DNA of 64,000 nt from an uncultured cyanobacterium (GTDB taxonomy: Bacteria; Cyanobacteriota; Cyanobacteriia; Cyanobacteriales; CAWUOF01): NCBI GenBank assembly GCA_963744145.1, contig CAVUSO010000001.1:1536001-1600000 (forward strand). Reading direction: 5' to 3'. The notes beneath the pieces are model-generated. The model searched no databases, had not been told where the DNA came from, and saw only the letters and a list, made by a program, of their open reading frames with translations. Each line of letters starts with the position of its first letter. Position 1 is the first letter of the stretch. Positions 59,967 to 64,000 of the stretch are shown here, piece after piece. A program made the translations under genes and the position numbers.

Positions 59967-60413
59967 ATGGGATCTTGGAGTGATTGGCATAAATGTGAAT
60001 TTGATAGTGATGGAAATATAGATATGGGACCACTAAATGATGCACCTAATTGGCCTGGTCTTTATGCAATTGCTATGAAAGATCCAGATTACGGTGATTT
60101 TGTTGTTAATTATATTGGAATGTCAAAAAAAAGTATTTGGAAAAGGCTTGATACCCATTTTTCAGGAAGAGGTAGCAAAGTTATAGCAAGAAGATTAAAA
60201 GCTAAGAAAGATAAAGATACAACAATGTCTCGAGTGGATGCCCTTTATTTCATGTTTTTAGAGACTTCAGAATATGATGCTCCTTGGATGGAAGCTCTTT
60301 ACATAAGAGGAACAAAACCGATTGCAAATGTGCAACAGGAATTGAAGCTACCAACAGCACTAGAAAGAGCTTTACGGAATTCAGATGTTAATTTTGAACC
60401 AGAAGATGATTAA
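59967..60413 (+). CDS. Stand-alone GIY-YIG nuclease-like protein
   Basis: PGLYAI..NYIGMS, RLDTH, EALYI..PIAN; GGAGG RBS before ATG 59967. Confidence 0.75.
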   Translation: MGSWSDWHKCEFDSDGNIDMGPLNDAPNWPGLYAIAMKDPDYGDFVVNYIGMSKKSIWKRLDTHFSGRGSKVIARRLKAKKDKDTTMSRVDALYFMFLETSEYDAPWMEALYIRGTKPIANVQQELKLPTALERALRNSDVNFEPEDD

Positions 60414-60555
60414 GACCTAACTATGCGATCGATCCACTAACTTATGATAGAAAAAATAAAGAAAGGTTGGGGTTTTGCTGGGCGATCTTCTTTAAGCTGC
60501 TGGGTAATTTACTTGGTTAAGCTAATGGAGAAGAAGGATAGTAGCTTTAGGAAAG

Positions 60556-60641
60556 TTTCCTAAAACAGCAACTAGGGCATTTAGCAAAGTGGATGCGTAG
60601 TCGAGGAATTACAAGTAGGTAATCTAGATTTTTGCGATCGC
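60556..60641 (+). pseudogene. 3' remnant of a third CFI-box-CTERM gene
   Basis: Matches about 52241-52326 (FLKQQLGHLAKWMRSRG.TSR*) up to the following HIP1. Confidence 0.85.
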
Positions 60642-60702
60642 CCTAATCTTCTCTAAAATGCGATCGCTTCTCTTAGGAATTCCAAAAAATAAAAGCAGAA
60701 GA

Positions 60703-60815
60703 AGGGTGAAGCATTCGGATATAATGTTACTCCCCTTCGACTACGCTCAGGGTAAAGTTTGATCGCTTAATTGTCGCCCGAATGCTTCACCCCTACACTT
60801 AACTAAACCGTATTG
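60703..60815. mobile_element. Truncated copy of the 33173-33307 MITE
   Basis: REP pair plus right end TTAACTAAACCGTATTG (60799-60815); left end absent. Confidence 0.75.
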
Positions 60816-60971
60816 CTAATTGGCATCTGGTCTTTATGCAATTGCTATAAAAGCTACAGAAAATCACGAACCTACTAGATCAGAATAGGAAATAGTTGAC
60901 GCTACAGACTCTTTTATCATCGTATTAGCAGCAAAATTACTAGCTAGTCATTGCGAAATTTATACCGATCA

Positions 60972-61940
60972 TTAATCCTGAAAATCCCCTAGATTAATTC
61001 CTAAAGCGATGAGTTGTTCAGGAGATAGAGTGCTGAATTTTTGGAATAACTCTTGTCGTTTTTGTCGTTCTTGTTGAGCCTCCGAGTTAGCTCGTTCAAT
61101 TTCAATTTTAGCTTGGTTTACCTCGATCCTAATTTGTTCAATCCGAATTTCAGCTTCGACTCCAGCTTGTTGAGCTTCAGCTCTAGCTGATTGAGTCTCT
61201 TGATGGATGACTAATTCTGCTGCTGTCGGTAACCAATTCCCAGTTTCATCATACCAGCGTAACCAGCGTCGATTTATTCCTTCATATTCCCCTAACCAGA
61301 TGCCGATCCCAATTTTTAAGTCTGTCAACCAAAATCCTAGTTCTTCTGGTGCTAATGCTTGTTCTTGATATTTACCTTTTTCTAGTTTAAATAGACGCAA
61401 GCGATCGCGACGACGACTATATACTAGATAATAAGGTACTTGTAAAATCTGTTCATAAACTTCCCACTTTGTCGGTTGTATTTCGGCTTTTAATGGTGGA
61501 TTTGCTTTAGATATTGCTTGACCATTTTCTCCATCTTCTTCCTCAATGTCTGCTCTTTCTCCTAAGTCTTCTTTTTCCGTTCCAGGAGATAGTAATTCGA
61601 TCACAACCACCGGATTGACTTTTTCTTGCCAGATTACATAACTATCACGTAAATCTCTACCTTCATAGAGTCTGGGCACATCAACCACTAGAAACCAGTC
61701 GGGGCGTTTGTGCCAAAGAGTGTGATTGACATCGTAATATATGTTTAAATTAGAGCAGGTAAAAATTCGCTCTTTGGGATAATCTTGTAAGCGAATCGTA
61801 TGTCTCAGTAATGAGGGTTGTAACCAATGAAATTCATCGGGCAAACCAGGTTCCTCTGGGTCCTCACTAGGGAGATCATACATGGTTGGTTGTGGTAGTT
61901 CAGTTGGGGAAATAATTGGAGGTTGTGGTTGGGTTGGCAT
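60972..61940 (-). CDS. Uma2-family endonuclease with C-terminal coiled coil
   Basis: MYDLPSEDPEEPGLPDEFH, RPDWF, VVVIELLSPGT, WLRWYD. Confidence 0.9.
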   Translation of the reverse strand: MPTQPQPPIISPTELPQPTMYDLPSEDPEEPGLPDEFHWLQPSLLRHTIRLQDYPKERIFTCSNLNIYYDVNHTLWHKRPDWFLVVDVPRLYEGRDLRDSYVIWQEKVNPVVVIELLSPGTEKEDLGERADIEEEDGENGQAISKANPPLKAEIQPTKWEVYEQILQVPYYLVYSRRRDRLRLFKLEKGKYQEQALAPEELGFWLTDLKIGIGIWLGEYEGINRRWLRWYDETGNWLPTAAELVIHQETQSARAEAQQAGVEAEIRIEQIRIEVNQAKIEIERANSEAQQERQKRQELFQKFSTLSPEQLIALGINLGDFQD

Positions 61941-62083
61941 AGATTTTATTTAAGTTTAGTTTAATATCATCATTATGTTCCATTCTAACTTAATTCACTT
62001 AAGGTGACCAAATTCTGAATCTAAAAATCCGATCGCTCTAATTTGCTTAAACATCCGATCGCTCATTAAGGACGAACCCTGAC

Positions 62084-62785
62084 TTAGACTATAGCGTCAG
62101 CTAATTTCTGGACAAATGTGGTATGCTCAGAAGATTGCACACCCTCTTGTAAAACTGTTAATACAAGCTGCATATTTCCAGCCAATAATTCTGCTACCGC
62201 TAACCATAATCCCGGAAATACTTGACTGCGAATAATTCCATCAGGATCAATGGGTAAATTGACATACTCACCCTGCTCTAGATAAAACCAGCTAATTTTT
62301 TGATCTAGGACTTGCCAAACAATATATTCTTTTACCCCATTACGACGATAAGCTTGTTTTTTAGCGTGAAGGTCAATCGCAACACTGCTAGCTGCTATTT
62401 CGATCACCAACTCTGGAGCCCCTTCAATATAATCATCGTCATTTAGTCTGGTTTGACCTCCTGCTTTTTCATTGATCAACAGTACCGCATCTGGTTGTGG
62501 TTCGTTATCAATATCTAATAGCACTGTAGGAGCATCTCCTACAGAAATACCTGGTGTTGTAGCTGCGTAAGTTACTAACCATCCGATCATCCAACTATGC
62601 GGTTGTCCATGACTCTTAAAGCGCAGTGCAGCAGACGTATAGACAATCCCTTCAATTAATTCAGCTTTTTTCAGGTTGATCATAGCTTGATAGCGACGCT
62701 CAAATTCGTAACGGTTTAAGCGATCGCCATTTTCGAGAAAAGGAATTGTCAAATTCTGAGAGGGTGTTTTAACCATAACAGTCAC
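62084..62785 (-). CDS. Uma2-family endonuclease
   Basis: LENGDRL, KAELIEGIVY, EPQPD, APELVIEIAASS. Confidence 0.92.
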   Translation of the reverse strand: MTVMVKTPSQNLTIPFLENGDRLNRYEFERRYQAMINLKKAELIEGIVYTSAALRFKSHGQPHSWMIGWLVTYAATTPGISVGDAPTVLLDIDNEPQPDAVLLINEKAGGQTRLNDDDYIEGAPELVIEIAASSVAIDLHAKKQAYRRNGVKEYIVWQVLDQKISWFYLEQGEYVNLPIDPDGIIRSQVFPGLWLAVAELLAGNMQLVLTVLQEGVQSSEHTTFVQKLADAIV

Positions 62786-62829
62786 AGTTTAAATGAACCT
62801 ATGTTTATTTTACAGGAATTATGATCGGT

Positions 62830-63753
62830 TTAGCGAGTTTGACCAAGGGCGATCGTCACCGAACCACTAATTACCATTAATCCTCCAAACAATGCTATAA
62901 TGCTATAATGTTCTGGAGCGAGTAGACTGGGTATTAGGGCTGTAGTCATCTTTCCTACTGTTAGGGTAATAATTGGTGTTGTTGCTACTAATGCACTTAT
63001 TTTTGATGCTTCCCAATGGGCTAAAGCTTCGGAAAAAGCACCATAAGCAAATAATGTATTTAAAGCGCAGAAAATTAATATTCCTCCCTGTAGTGGAGAT
63101 AATGATCCGATCGTTTGGGGATGAGTGGTAGGACTAAATAATAATGCTGCTCCTCCATAAATTATCAACATAATATTAGATGAAGGTAGTTGTTCTAATA
63201 GTTGCTTTTGTGCTAGAGCATAAACAGCGAATGCTAGAGCTGATAAGATGACTAAAATACAACCATATATATATTGACCCGATGTGGCAATTAAACTGAC
63301 TAATTGTTCATGGAAAAATAGAATAAATCCACAGATTAATATTCCTAACCCCATCCATTGACTTCGAGTATAACGTTCTTTAAAAATTATTAAACCACCT
63401 AATCCTATACAAACATGGGCGATTTGAAATAATAGTTGAGCATTAGCTGGAGAAGTTTGAGATAACCCTTGGATAAATAATAAATAGTTGCTCGCTAAGA
63501 AGATTGTCGCGATCGCTAATAATATGAATGAACTAGGACGTAATTTCTGAATCTTCGGTAATTGTTTCCTGATTCCTAAATAAATCCCTAAGATGATAAA
63601 GGATACTAAAAACCGAAACCATGTAACTGTATAAACATCTAGTTTTTGTAAGACTATTGTTAGTGCAATTGATAAAGTTCCCCAGAAAAATATTGCCACT
63701 AAAGCTAAAGATAATCCTAAACGCCATTTTCCCGAAGCAGAGTGAAGTTTCAT
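62830..63753 (-). CDS. DMT/EamA family transporter
   Basis: About 10 TM segments; TWFRF, IIFKERY, AYGAFSEALAHWEASK. Confidence 0.9.
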   Translation of the reverse strand: MKLHSASGKWRLGLSLALVAIFFWGTLSIALTIVLQKLDVYTVTWFRFLVSFIILGIYLGIRKQLPKIQKLRPSSFILLAIATIFLASNYLLFIQGLSQTSPANAQLLFQIAHVCIGLGGLIIFKERYTRSQWMGLGILICGFILFFHEQLVSLIATSGQYIYGCILVILSALAFAVYALAQKQLLEQLPSSNIMLIIYGGAALLFSPTTHPQTIGSLSPLQGGILIFCALNTLFAYGAFSEALAHWEASKISALVATTPIITLTVGKMTTALIPSLLAPEHYSIIALFGGLMVISGSVTIALGQTR

Positions 63754-63788
63754 TAAATTATTACCATGATAAAAATCCGATCGCGAAT

Positions 63789-64000
<212 letters not shown>

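Noticed and set aside
50336..60413. Integron-like cassette array
   Set aside because: No tyrosine integrase in the window and no attC-like GTTRRRY/RYYYAAC palindromes seen between the small ORFs

Overview
AT-rich cyanobacterial chromosome segment (dense HIP1 GCGATCGC sites, hemH with a CAB-like tail, ycf23, GUN4, Uma2 and pentapeptide genes). Positions 1-45.8 kb hold mostly housekeeping and conserved hypothetical genes, plus two complete IS4-family elements with visible TIRs and TSDs, several REP-bearing MITEs, an ABC-ATPase/TOPRIM-like gene pair and toxin-antitoxin modules. The most unusual part is 45.9-60.7 kb, a tandemly reiterated module of about 6.1 kb (two full copies and one collapsed copy). 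Each full copy has an Rpn nuclease gene with an internal RBS/ATG and an HTH-NB-ARC (STAND) gene lacking sensor repeats. Transcribed divergently from the NB-ARC gene are two unit-specific micro-ORFs resembling free-standing polymorphic-toxin tips, a conserved 60-aa ORF, a CFI-box-CTERM protein, a TPR protein and a terminal GUN4 or GIY-YIG gene. The NB-ARC N-terminus, the short repeats in its divergent promoter and the micro-ORFs differ together between copies, while the flanking DNA is nearly identical. All family assignments come from motif recognition by eye; no searches were run.
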